DNA of 64,000 nucleotides from Batkoa obscura (Eukaryota): NCBI GenBank assembly GCA_030770535.1, contig JASVEC010000012.1, positions 868,001 to 932,000 of the forward strand, read 5' to 3'. Shown piece by piece: positions 1 to 13,033 of this stretch (position 1 is its first letter; each line of letters starts with the position of its first letter). The notes under the pieces were generated by a model. It saw only the letters and a program-made list of their open reading frames with translations, ran no database searches and was not told where the DNA came from. The position numbers and the translations under genes were made by a program.

Positions 1-30
1 ATAAAATAAAAAAATACACTACTGTGTAAT

Positions 31-243
31 TTAGCAATCATCACCACAGCAGCAAAAACCCCAATCGCAATCTCCATTGATACCCCATCGTGAACTTGAA
101 GGATACTCATGGCAAGCATTTCCACATTCATAATCAGCAACACATATTCCTCCAGCTCTAACATTACATCTTCTACAGATATCCGAGCCAGCTACAAAGA
201 GGACAAAAAAGAGAACTAATAATAATTTGAAACTGTTAAACAT
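31..243 (-). CDS. Secreted 10-Cys defensin-like peptide (type A, copy 1)
   Basis: Hydrophobic signal peptide, then C-x2-C-x7-C-x5-C-x3-C-x14-C-x4-CCC-x3-C. Contains the CSab-type Cx3C and GxC...CxC motifs. Repeated in tandem. Confidence 0.85.
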   Translation of the reverse strand: MFNSFKLLLVLFFVLFVAGSDICRRCNVRAGGICVADYECGNACHEYPSSSRWGINGDCDWGFCCCGDDC

Positions 244-1968
244 TTATTATATTCTATAATAAATTATTATTAGTACTTGTAATAATATTTATGAAGTTAA
301 GTGATTACTTTTTACAATGAGAAAACTATTGTTGATAACCTTCATGTATCATTTTGTACATTATTTATACCATTTTTTAAGGATATACAATATGGAGCTA
401 ATGATATCAATATTCAAGAATCAATAATGTAGGATTGACAATATCAATATTTAGGAGTAGGTTGTACATTATATTATACATGTCATGATTTTCGACTTAA
501 AATAAAGTTAACTTCAATTACATACTTTACGATAATATGGCAATAAACAATTTTGATTAAAATATTTAACCTTTTTTACTTTATTTTTCAATTCAATATT
601 TAACCTGTCAACTTATTTTATTATTTCGTTTGTTGATTTTCTATATGAAAATTTATTACATCTTAAAATGCATCTCTTCATGATTTAATTAATTCATAGC
701 AGTTATAACTGGAAGTGATTAAAAAAGTCGGAAGTAACATCACCACATAAATAGTATAAGCCAATAATTATACTATTCTGTATTTAGAAAGACTTCTAAA
801 ATTAACTTAATCTATTTTACTAATAAAAACCGGTTTGTTTGTTTTATAAAACTTGTTCTTTTTATTATATAAAATAGTGGAATAAATTGTTAACTTTGTA
901 ACTTCCCCTTTATACGATATTCTAAACCTTATCAAGCATATGTATTATTGTTCTTAACAATACTAATAATATAAGTTGATAACAAATGTATCAAAATCAA
1001 AAAACGATAGTCACAGTGTTATTATTTAAATAAAGGTTGTAAAAAGCGTATTACATATTGGAATAAAAAATGCTAAAATTTACAGATTGTTTATTAAATT
1101 TTCTATCTTTTCATGGTTATCAGGTACATACACTAGCAAAAAAATTTCGATGACATAACTTTATCATTAGACATAAAATGATTTGAAAAATAGCTAGTAC
1201 ATTAAAAGAAATTATACTACTAAAAGAAAGGACGACAAATTATATAGCTTAGTTTTTACTCCTTTACCATTTTTCAGCTTCCCCTCCTTTGGTTACAGCA
1301 TTTACCAACTTTTAATTTCTGTCCCATCATAAAATATATTTTTTAACAACTCTATTGCGCTCGAAACTATGCAGCTTTCTCGACTAGATCAGGATCCCAG
1401 GCTAAAATATTGTTTATGCTCTTCCTTGAATGTTGGTTGGCTATCTTCTACAAGCTACGACAGAAGCTTCATAAAATTGGGTCATTCAAAATCCTCACTT
1501 TACCTATTAGGTTTGAATCTTGTTGGTAATTTCAACCTTCTTATTGGGAGTAACTTTCTGCTTTCTTGGAGACCCTGCTCATTTTTGGATCTTTGCCGCC
1601 CTGGGCCACCTTCAACATTAACATACGTCAGCTAGATAAAACATGAAGTCTAATTTATTACAAATTAAAAGTTACTTGACAATTCTTTAATAAGTTAAAT
1701 CTTTACAAACCAACAATGTAATAAAAATATTAATTGTCCATTAAACAATATCTAAATTGAATTAATTAAAAGCGCTTAGATTTCAAAAAGTTATAATTTG
1801 TTAACAAAATTGAACATTAAAATTAAAATTAAAGTAATAAGATGTTTGATACAAATTGTTTATTCTACTATTAAGGACGACCTTCAAAGTAGTTTAATAT
1901 CCAACAAACTTATTGTCATATAATGCAGTATTGTAAGATAAGGATAGACAAATATACCACTGTATAGT

Positions 1969-2181
1969 TTAGCAATCATCACCACAGCAGCAAAAACCCC
2001 AATCGCAATCTCCATTGATACCCCATCGTGAACTTGAAGGATACTCATGGCAAGCATTTCCACATTCATAATCAGCAACACATATTCCTCCAGCTCTAAC
2101 ATTACATCTTCTACAGATATCCGAGCCAGCTACAAAGAGGACAAAAAAGAGAACTAATAATAATTTGAAACTGTTAAACAT
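1969..2181 (-). CDS. Secreted 10-Cys defensin-like peptide (type A, copy 2)
   Basis: Protein identical to 31..243. Confidence 0.85.
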   Translation of the reverse strand: MFNSFKLLLVLFFVLFVAGSDICRRCNVRAGGICVADYECGNACHEYPSSSRWGINGDCDWGFCCCGDDC

Positions 2182-2998
2182 TTATTATATTCTATAATAA
2201 ATTATTATTAGTACTTGTAATAATATTTATGAAGTTAAGTGATTACTTTTTACAATGAGAAAACTATTGTTGATAACCTTCATGTATCATTTTGTACATT
2301 ATTCATACCATTTTTTAAGGATATACAATATGGAGCTAATGATATCAATATTCAAGAATCAATAATGTAGGATTGGCAATATCAATATTTAGGAGTAGGT
2401 TGTACATTATATTATACATGTCATGATTTTCGACTTAAAATAAAGTTAACTTCAATTACATACTTTACGATAATATGGCAATAAACAATTTTGATTAAAA
2501 TATTTAACCTTTTTTACTTTATTTTTCAATTCAATATTTAACCTGTCAACTTATTTTATTACTTTATTTATTAATTTTTAGTTGAGGGATCTGTAGCATC
2601 TTAAAATGTATCCCTTTATGATCTAATAGGTTTCTATTTAGTGTGATTTGGAGCTAGGTAAACGAGTTGAAGATAATATCACCACAGAAAATATTATAAG
2701 ACAAGAATATTTTTTCTGATTTGACTAAATTTTCAAAGAATTAGTTTAATTCATTTTAATAATAATAACTAGTAAGGTTATTATACATAAAAGCTTGCTC
2801 TTTCTATTATATAATGCGGTAGGATCAATTGTCGTTTTTATAGCTTCCGCCTTAGATTATACTAGAAACTTGTCAAGCATATATAATATTATTTATTGTA
2901 ATATTAATAATTTATGTTGCCAACAAAGTGTTAAATTTGATAAATTAATAAGTACAGCACAAATATTTTAACTAACATGGTAAAAATACATAATATTT

Positions 2999-3096
2999 AG
3001 GACGTATTTTTTTGTTTAAGAATTTTACTAACAACCTTTTCGCTCAAATAGCGCTTAAAAAATGGAAAAAGTGATGAAACCAAAAAAAGCATCCCC
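2999..3096 (+). mobile_element. ~97-bp MITE family A copy (left end degraded)
   Basis: Core cgctcaaatagcgcttaaaaaatggaaaaagtgatgaaacc; right end catcccc followed by atat. Confidence 0.85.
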
Positions 3097-3418
3097 ATAT
3101 ATTACATGGAAATTTATTACTATTTAGAATTTAAATTTATAATTTTTTTCTTTGTTCCATAATTATTAAGGTTATTTAATAATTTAAAATATACACTAAT
3201 TAGGCTAATATTTTTCGATGATATGGCTTAAATCATTAGAATTATAATAGCTTGAATAGCTAACTGATACATCAATAGGAATTATAGTAATAAAAGGAAT
3301 AGCGATGTTTCGTTTTTTAATTTTTTACTCCTTTACCTTTTTCCATCCCCCCTCTCCTTTAATTAAAATCCTTATCAGCCTTCAACCTCTATCCCACCAC
3401 AACGTTTTTTTCTAAAAC

Positions 3419-3473
3419 TTTTATTTTATTTTATTTTATTTTATTTTATTTTATTTTATTTTATTTTATTTTA
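3419..3473. repeat. (TTTTA)n pentanucleotide microsatellite, about 11 units
   Basis: Directly visible. Confidence 0.95.
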
Positions 3474-4101
3474 TATAACTTTCTTGACCATAGAAATACT
3501 CCATACCAAGGTCTTATTTTATTAACTAACTTCCCTAACCTATGGTCCTCTTTCCTAGATTAAAACTTTGATCTTTTCTTAACTATGATACAAACTTTGT
3601 TTGATAGAATCTCCTAAAAACAACTTTTTTGTTCATTAATATTCTATTTATTAGTGATTCCAACCATCCTGTCGGGAACGATTTTCTACTTTTCGGAGAC
3701 CCGCTCTCTTTTGATTTTTCACTGCCTTGATTTTCCTTCAGCATTCACAAATGATGATGGAACAAAATATAAAGACTTAATGTCTTTAAGATTGACGAAT
3801 ATGTCATCAGTAGCTTTATCTTAGATAATACAATATTAAAATAAAACGATGGTAATTAATACTATTTAAGTGTTGGATATTAGATCAATTATATCATCAA
3901 AAACATATTAGCTCTTTAAAAACCAAAAGTGTATCATTAATTTAGGATTTTTAAAACCAAATTAAATAGTTTATATGTATAGCATAAATATTAATTAAAT
4001 ATAAAAGACAGTATACTCAATATATTAGCATTGAAGCAGCTTAATATAATATAAAATAGTATTTTTAGATACTGTAAGAAATAAAATATCATCACATGCG
4101 T

Positions 4102-4302
4102 TTAACAATCTGCTCCACAGCAACACAAACCCCAATCAAAATCCCTATGATAATTCCATCTTAAACTTCTTTTCATACCTTTTACAAGAGATGCGACAAT
4201 CGCTACAATGAAAACATGAGTCATTTGTATCATTGCACCTTTTACAAACACTTGAAATTTAAAACAAGAAAAAAAGAGTTTTTTTTTGAAAATACTAAGT
4301 AT
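4102..4302 (-). pseudogene. Defensin-like pseudogene
   Basis: Minus strand reads SSVCKRCNDTNDSCFHCSDCRISCKRYEK, frameshift, then RSLRWNYHRDFDWGLCCCGADC*. The ATG is replaced by ATA and the signal peptide is degraded. Confidence 0.85.
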
Positions 4303-4650
4303 TTTAAATATTTACAAATGAGTGATGATTAACGCTTGAATTAAATATGTATTTAAATGTACACTTTTTACAATAAAATAAGCGTCGGTAAGCTTTATGT
4401 ATGCTTTTACAAACTATAAATACTATTTTTTTCAAGAATAAACTAAATAGCATTGATAATGCTAATAGTCAAAGGTGAGCTATGCGTGATACAATATAGC
4501 TCATGGTTTTTTTATTATAAAGTAAACCCAACTTTCATTATACGCTTTACAATAATATGATAATGAACGGCTTTGACTAAAACATTTAATCTTTTCTACT
4601 TCAGTTTTTAATTTAATATCAATCTTTTAAATCCCTTTATTCCGTTATAT

Positions 4651-4747
4651 GGGGATGAGTTTTTGTTTAAGAATTTTACTAACAATTTTTCCTGTCAAAT
4701 TGCACTTAACAAATGGAAAAAGTGATGAAACCAAAAAAAACACCTCC
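4651..4747 (+). mobile_element. MITE family A copy
   Basis: ggggatg...cacctcc, ATAT on both sides. Confidence 0.9.
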
Positions 4748-4798
4748 ATATACTAGACTATTTAGTTTTAACTATTAGGATAAAATGAATTGCTATAT

Positions 4799-4894
4799 GG
4801 TAATGTTTTTTTGGTTTCATCACTTTTTCCATTTTTTAAGTGCAATTTGACAGGAAAAATTGTTAGTAAAATTCTTAAACAAAAACTCATCCCC
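4799..4894 (-). mobile_element. MITE family A copy (inverted partner of 4651..4747)
   Basis: Near-perfect reverse complement of the neighbouring copy; ATAT on both sides. Confidence 0.9.
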
Positions 4895-5383
4895 ATATTA
4901 TTCAATTAGAAATGTACTTGGCAATTCTTCGTTTTTGACTAAAATATCTAGTGAAATAAAGTATTAGTAAATAAATATATTTTTTTAAAAGTTCTTGAAA
5001 GAGATAAGCCCCCGAGTGCTTTATTTATTATAATATAAGATCGAAAGTACACGAATGGCACAATGGGGTATTTAGCTAATAGCTCACATCCTCTTTCATT
5101 TTTGGGTTGTTTAGTAACAGAGTGGGAAAAAATGGTAAATAAATAATTGCATTTGAAAACTGTATTTATTGTATCAATAAAAGGCACTTTAGGGTTTAAA
5201 AAGCTGAAAACATGATATTAAAAACTTAAATATCATTTGAACTAATTTATATATTATTATAGTTAGTGTAATCATTTATTTTGATAAAATGCAATAGTTT
5301 ATAACTCAGTACTAAAGTAGGCCGGTATCATACACAAAGCATTGTAAGATATTGAAATAGGCGCATGTCTTACTTTGAATAAT

Positions 5384-5530
5384 CTAACAATCATCACCAC
5401 AGCAGCAAAAACCCCAATCGCAATCTCCATTGATACCCTATTTATACTATATTATCAGCTGTAAGTAATCTAGTTTGATAACCTTGTTGCTCAAACTTGG
5501 ATTTAGTGCCACATTACATAACCTTTTTAT
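5384..5530 (-). pseudogene. Defensin-like pseudogene fragment
   Basis: 3' end encodes GINGDCDWGFCCCGDDC*, as in type A. The preceding W codon is TAG, and the upstream part (RLCNV...) is degenerate with stops. Confidence 0.85.
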
Positions 5531-6655
5531 TACATGATCTTTTTATTACGCTAAAAAACCAACCACTGTTATAATTAGTACATTTAAAAAGTATAAAAAA
5601 GGCTAAATGACTCAAAGGTAATAACTCAATGACTATCACTGTTTAATAAATATAGGCAAGTTTAAAGACTCAGTTAAAATTAGGGTCAAAATTTTTTACG
5701 TAGCGTAAATATTGAAAAAATACTAAATATTGGACAAAAAAACACTGCCATAGAAGTAATTTTAAAGTTAAGCAAAAAAGTAGTTAATTTCTATCACTTT
5801 GTACTTAACTCGTAATTTTTACTAAAATTTATATTGAACAAAAATTGAAGCTTTTAACTAACCCATATATTGAAAACGGCAGAAAATGGCAATTAACCAT
5901 AAAATGACTCACTCAATCTATTTCGTGTTTTTACAAACTTGCGTTTTTTGACAACTTAGTTCTATTTCAATGATGCAACACTTGATGAATTGACCAATTT
6001 CAATCAAAAAAAACCTAATGATTAACGGAAAATGTTGGCATAAATCAGTTGAAACAATTCAAAGTTAATTAGGAATGGTTAAACTTTATTTCATGATAAT
6101 ACAAGTCAAGGATGTTATAGCCAATTAAAGAAAGTTAGAGGCTGTTATGAAGAAAATCCTAAAGACTCAAGGATTTTTTGGGCTGATCTTTAATTTTAAT
6201 AGAGATTGGTTCATTAGTTAACTATGTAATAAAGCTATTAAATATTATATAGCCTGTGATATTTATTATAACTATCTAGATATTGGACTACTCGAGCTGG
6301 GATCTAGTTATTTTATATGTAAATATAGTTATGTATCAAGAAGTCATAGTAATATACCAATATGTTAACATAAATATGAGTGGATAAAAATGGGTTGCAA
6401 ATAAATGTAAATTGATATAGAACAATTAAATATACCAATATATTTATTCGTAGAATGAACATGTCAATAAAATATATTGTTAACTGGATGAAGATTAAAG
6501 ATAAGAGAAATTGGCAATATTTGTGCTAATTTTTATATATTAGGGTCAAGTGTCGATCAAGAACCAAAGTACAGATAGAATGAAGGTTACAAAACCAATA
6601 ACCAAAAAGAAGCTGAAGTAAAATGATATTGGTTAAATTATTTCAAGTTTAATAC

Positions 6656-6748
6656 GCAGACGTTCTTTGTTCAAGAATTTCACTACTGTCTTTTTCACTT
6701 AATATCTCTTAAAAAATAAAGAAAATAAAGAAGCTAAAAGATATCCCC
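6656..6748 (+). mobile_element. Degenerate MITE family A copy
   Basis: ttgttcaagaatttcacta...cttaaaaaa...atatcccc follows the consensus layout. Confidence 0.6.
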
Positions 6749-7738
6749 AAATGATTTATTTAATATAATAGGGTTGTTTATTGACTCAATAATAAAATAG
6801 TTTAGTGGTATACAATTAATCACAAAAAAACAGATATTGATTAACTTTTTTTTAAGGCCGTATTAAGTAAACAAAAAAGTTTTGTATTAATTCAATAGCT
6901 TTTACCTTGTCCCAATTTTACCTCTTTTTTCCAACTTCCCTTTCTTTGAAATTTTATTTAAAAATAAACTACTTACAGCTATTTCATCTCTATTATGATC
7001 CAATTAACTATAAATTTAAAGATAAAACTTTGCTAAGATCAAGTCAAATTCTAATGATCAGGCTATAGAAAGATAAAAAAAACAATAAAATAATATAACT
7101 TTATTCCAAAATTATACAAAAAGATCTTATTTCTATTGTATCTCTTCTTATTTTATGATGTTTTCAAGAAATCAAGCTGGAAACAATTAGCCTTGGGCAT
7201 AAATTAATTCAAAGAATAATAATTTACGTTATAATTGATGCACTAAAGATATAATATCAACCTTTACAGTGTAAGTAATTGTTTTAGACTTTAAAGTACT
7301 CTATATATGCTATAACATTATTGTATATTTCGAAAATGTAATTAATAATATCAGGTTCAAAATGATTTGAATTCGTAGTTAATACTATTGCTAAAAACAT
7401 ATAAAATAGTGTTATAATAAAATGTTTTGGACTCAAATTTTTACTTATTATCAATCCTTTGTTTTTTAATTTGAATTTCTGATAAAACAAAGCATTGATA
7501 AACAAATACTATTTGTATATTGAAAAATAGATTAGTTGCAACAATAAAAGCAATTTAGAATATAAAAACTTAAGATGTATTGTAAAAATTGAGGGTTTTT
7601 AAATTAAATATCATTTTAATAAGCATGAATTTTTATTTGATAAAAAAGATGCCTTATAATTGATATTGAAATACTTTAGTATTATATATAATAGTATTAT
7701 AAGATATCAATACAAACAAATGTATCACATTGTACAGT

Positions 7739-7948
7739 TTAGCAATCTGCACCACAGCAGCATCTACCCCAATCACAGTCTCCATTAAGACCATACTTTG
7801 GACTTCTATTCTCCCAACTACAAATGTTTAAGCAATCCTGGTCAACAAGACATTGGCCAGTTTTAACAGTACATCTTCTACAGATATCTGAACCAGCTAC
7901 ATAAAGGACAAAGAAAAGAGCTACTAATAATTTGAAACCGTTAAGCAT
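7739..7948 (-). CDS. Secreted 10-Cys defensin-like peptide (type B, copy 1)
   Basis: Signal peptide and the same Cys frame (x6 instead of x7 in loop 2); conserved NGDCDWGxCCCGxDC. Confidence 0.85.
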   Translation of the reverse strand: MLNGFKLLVALFFVLYVAGSDICRRCTVKTGQCLVDQDCLNICSWENRSPKYGLNGDCDWGRCCCGADC

Positions 7949-9229
7949 TTTATATATTCTAAAATATATAACTATTAGTACTTTATAATATTTATAACTA
8001 AATGTTTACCTTTTATAATGAGGAAATCAATGTTGATAAACTTTGACAACGACTCAATACACTATTTATACTATTTTTTGGAGGTGGATAGTGTAAAGAT
8101 GATGATTTTAGTGTTTAAAAATAGATTATGTATGATGCTATCTATTTTATAAGATATTACTTATAAACAAAGTTAGTTTTAATTGTATAGTTTACGATAA
8201 TAAAACAATTGACAGTTTTGTTCAATAAGTAGCTATTTTATATATTTTTCAGTTTAATATCTAATCTAAAAGCACCTTTTATTACTTTATTTATCAATTT
8301 TATAGAATAAAATTTATAGTTACAGTATCCAACGCTTTACAAAATAATTTATTCTTGTTAGACGTAATTCAATGATAAGTAAAATTAAGGATAATACCAA
8401 TGTAAAGAATTACCATTAATTCAATAATATTGAATGATCCTATTTAGCTTTTGAACTACCTTTTAGGTTAATCTATCCTTATTAAGTAAAGTAAGAGATT
8501 TTAGTTTCTAAAAGCGTGATACGATTATTTCTAGTACGATTAAATAAGTTATTCTTTTGACTCATCCCTAACAATTGTTTATAAAGATTATTGAGCAAAC
8601 ATCGATATTATTTTAAAAAGATGATAAAGCATGTGGCAACAAATGCATTAAAATAATAATACTAATATTAATAGTAGTAATAGTTAGTTTATAATCAAAA
8701 ATTGTATCTACGTGTTGTAGATTAAATGTACTCAAAATTATGATAAGAATTTATAACCCTTTATCTTATTATCATGATTACTATATGAGATTAATAATTC
8801 AATTTATGTATTAATAATTTAGTATTTTTAATAATGTAGCTTTTATTGTTAGCTTTAGAAAGCTTGTAACAGCTAGCGGATACTATTATTAAAAACTATA
8901 CTAAATAAAATATAAGATTATTTTGCAATGATATTTGTTTTTAGCAGTTCTTCATTCTATGGATTTGGATACAAAAAAGCAATAGTACATAAATATTAGT
9001 TTTGTATCAAGCAGTAGTTAACTAAGTAAATGAAAAATAGCTTTTGAGAGACAATAAACACATAAGTTACATCAAAGGTATCTAATATTTAAAAAACAGT
9101 GTTATTTAACACAAATAATTTATTTTAATAAAAAAGAAATAGTTTGTACTACAGTATCAGAATAGTTTGGTGTCATACAGAACAGTATCATAAGGTATCA
9201 AAATAAACAAATGCATCACATTGTACAGT

Positions 9230-9439
9230 TTAGCAATCTGCACCACAGCAGCATCTACCCCAATCACAGTCTCCATTAAGACCATACTTTGGACTTCTAT
9301 TCTCCCAACTACAAATGTTTAAGCAATCCTGGTCAACAAGACATTGGCCAGTTTTAACAGTACATCTTCTACAGATATCTGAACCAGCTACATAAAGGAC
9401 AAAGAAAAGAGCTACTAATAATTTGAAACCGTTAAGCAT
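9230..9439 (-). CDS. Secreted 10-Cys defensin-like peptide (type B, copy 2)
   Basis: Identical to 7739..7948. Confidence 0.85.
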   Translation of the reverse strand: MLNGFKLLVALFFVLYVAGSDICRRCTVKTGQCLVDQDCLNICSWENRSPKYGLNGDCDWGRCCCGADC

Positions 9440-10081
9440 TTTATATATTCTAAAATATATAACTATTAGTACTTTATAATATTTATAACTAAATGTTTAC
9501 CTTTTATAATGAGGAAATCAATGTTGATAAACTTTGACAACGACTCAATACACTATTTATACTATTTTTTGGAGGTGGATAATATAAGATGATTTTGATG
9601 CTTAAAAATAAATTATGTATGATATTATATGTTACATTACATAGTTCATAATTTGATTCTTTTGAATGATAGCAATTTTAATTATATATCTTACGATAGT
9701 GGATTAATGGATTTTGCTTAAAAAGAAGGTAGCTTTTTTATAGATATTTTTCAATTTAACACATTACCTGTCAACTTTTATTACTTTAAATATGAATTCC
9801 TATGTTATAAAAATAGGAATATTCCAGATGCGACGCTTTATAATGTAATCTATTTATGTTGAATATAATTTTATGGTGGATAAACTGCATAGTGATATCA
9901 GAATAAGGATTTGCTATAAAATCATTTATTCTACTTTATATTCAAATAAACTTTGTAATCAATTTTTGACTCATTCTAACCATATAAAGAAAAGTAAGAT
10001 TAAATTATTTTCAAAAACCTGTTATAATCGTCACAATAATGGGCAGATAATTTGATACTGCATAGTTTTTTGAAAAAAATT

Positions 10082-10179
10082 GGGGATGTATTTTTGTGTT
10101 CAAGAATTTTACTAGCAAATTTTCTGCTCAAATAGCACTTAAAAGATGGAAAAGTGATGAAGCCAAAAAAAACACCTCC
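10082..10179 (+). mobile_element. MITE family A copy
   Basis: ggggatgtattttt...aaacacctcc; the TSD is not intact. Confidence 0.88.
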
Positions 10180-10870
10180 ATCGTTATTATTATTCTATAA
10201 TCCCTCCTGAAAACTATATATTTAAATATTATCAAGCAAATAACAATACCTTTTTTATAAAGAATAATAAAATATATAGTAATGGATGCATTAAAATATA
10301 ATGGTAATAAATATAGTATAAATAATTGGCCTAAAGCAAAAAAAATACTTTATATACTATAATATAAATATACTCAATTTTGACTTTAATCTATAGAATG
10401 TTTGCTATTTTCATTATTACTATAGTTATGATATACGATTAATTAGTTTACTTCATGTATCAATATTAATATCTTTATAATGATATGATTTCTATTATCA
10501 AATTTGAAGTTCCAGTCGGGTTCATAATGAAAACTATGCAAGGTAATAATAATATACTTTATAATTAATCTCTTATTTTTTGATAGCTTTTTATTTTTTT
10601 ACTTAAATTTCTAGTAAAACAGATTATCAATGAGTAGTGTCAATTGGATATTATATTAAAATAATAGTATATATAAAGTAATTCAGTACCCGAAACTCAA
10701 AATAATTTTAAAATTTAAAATTTTCAAATAAAATGAAATATGATTATAATTAACATAAATCTTCTATTTTGATAAAATAGTCTATTATTCAAACGCTAAA
10801 TTAGATTGGCACTCTGTGTACGGCAGTGTGATAAGAGATCAAAATAACAATATATAGTATTTTGTACAAT

Positions 10871-11078
10871 TTAAAAATCCGTATCACAATATCAAATATC
10901 CTAATTGTAGTCTCCGTTGGTAGCTTATACTAAATTACAAGGGTTTTTATAACAAGCATTTAATCAATTTTTGTCAGGAGCACATCTTTATTTTTAAAAC
11001 TGAACTTTTTGTAGATACTCTAATTAGCTACATAAAAGGCAAAAAGAAAACCAATACTATCTTAAAACCGTTATGCTT
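10871..11078 (-). pseudogene. Highly degenerate defensin-like pseudogene
   Basis: Colinear over about 208 bp with type B copies (agctacataaa, aaaccgtta, agtctcc anchors). Start codon and most Cys codons are lost. Confidence 0.7.
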
Positions 11079-13033
11079 TACATAGATAATTTTAAATGCT
11101 TTTGGTTAGATTTATTTTACTTTATTATAATTATGATTAATTGTTGAATCTGGCAATGATTTAACAGTCATGCTAGGAGGTTATGATATCAAATTAAACT
11201 AATGTTAATAAGATGTAACGCTAAAATCATGTAATGAAAACATAGATTGTAAAGTATAAGAAGGGAAAAAGAAAATACATCTTAAAATATCAAACGTTAC
11301 TTTTCATTAAACTATTAAAAATGAATATGAAATCACTTGCTCTCTTTATTACTACTATCTCTGCTGCACCTCAGTTTGTTTTACTTATGTTTGGTGGTGA
11401 AAGCGACTCCCTTGAACCATTGGCTGATATCAAAAATTCTTTCATATCTAAGATTTTCCCCGTTTAATATAACCTCACTTTCTTTGTTTCATGTCTGGCT
11501 TATTTTATACAAGATAAAATATCAACATGCTCAACATTGGTTAACCTTTTCTAAGGCTGGGCTAAGTAAATAAGAAAGTCATTCCTTTATTCAATAATTG
11601 CTACCTTGTTCTAAATTACTTTTTCTTTTGATTTTTCTCCCTCTTAAATTTCATCATAAATAAACCACTTTGGACTCATAATACACTCTCAAAGTTTTAA
11701 AAAAATATCAATTATTGATTTAAAAGATTTAAACGACACTTATGTTTATAAAATCAACTGCATTGTTTTGACTTTGACTTACATAAAATAAATGAAAAAA
11801 TAGCATTTCTAGGGAATCATAAAAGCCTTTTCTCAAAACAAAAATCAGTTACTCCCATCTGCTTTTCCTTTATTATTTTCCTCACTGTCATCACTGACTC
11901 TATTAGATAAAAATTCTTTCCTGCGCCTTCAGTAGAAAATAGCCACCAAGTGCTCCTTTAACAGCTGCTGCATCACCTAATTCAATCATCTAACCCTTGA
12001 ACTTTCATTCAGTATCAAATTTGCAAGTTTCTACTTTAATTTTTGCAATAAATAAGTTGTTAAATTCACAATCCTTAGTAACAATAAAAAAACAATAGTT
12101 GTATACGTTAAAGTTTTATAACTATTAATAGTATTCGGACAATAATAAAACTATTTTTTTTAGTAAGGCGTAATAGGGAGAAGAGGGGGGAGTAAGAGTT
12201 AAAGAGGATTATTGGAAAGGGTAATGCAAGTAGGAGTAGAACCAGGTACACTTAGGTAAATTAATGTCAACCTTGGAGTTGCACCGTCTAAGACCCAACC
12301 TAATTTAGGTAGGAGATCATTATCATTATCATTAGAAGTAAGAGATTTATCAAATTATCTTGTATTGATTTAACTTGATATTATATTCCTCTACACAATT
12401 GACATATCATAGTCAGCTAGTTTTTAATTTTTAATTGTTATTTATTAGTAATTTTAAACAATCTTTCTTTCATTATTTGTTGTAGCATCTATTATACTAC
12501 ATAATCTTATTATATTAGGTATAAGCTAGTTTCAATCAATGCTATCTTAATAAGGATACTAATTCTCTGTTAATTTATATTATAGTGCCCTTCAAAGTTA
12601 AAGGCAGGGATAACTTTATTTGTTAAATTAATATTAAATCTATCTATTCGGTATATGGTAATGGTGAGATTCTTCATTGAGTATTCTATATGAATTACGT
12701 ATTATGTATTAAGTATCAAGTATGATCAATTATTTCAATTCATATACTAGTATTCTGGTTTTTTGATGATATAGGATCTATCAAGTTTAATATTTATAGC
12801 TAATACTATTAACAAAAACGTATGATTTAAAGTAATAATAGTACACTTTGTAGTTAAAATTTGCTAATGATAATACTTTATTTTTTCATAAATTGAATAA
12901 ATATTATAGTTGACATGGATCGGTTATTTTGATGAAATATAATATTTACTAATGAAGTACTAAAATAGTTTGATAACATATAAAAAATGGAGCTGTGACG
13001 CATTGAAAGAAAGAAATCAAATCATTATGTAAC

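Noticed and set aside
5900..6300. Coding-like stretch within defensin unit 4
   Set aside because: Multiple stops and no identifiable motif.
11337..12330. ORF 11337..11573 and nearby GC-richer patches
   Set aside because: Non-ATG start and no recognisable homology; probably decayed repeats, but unassignable.
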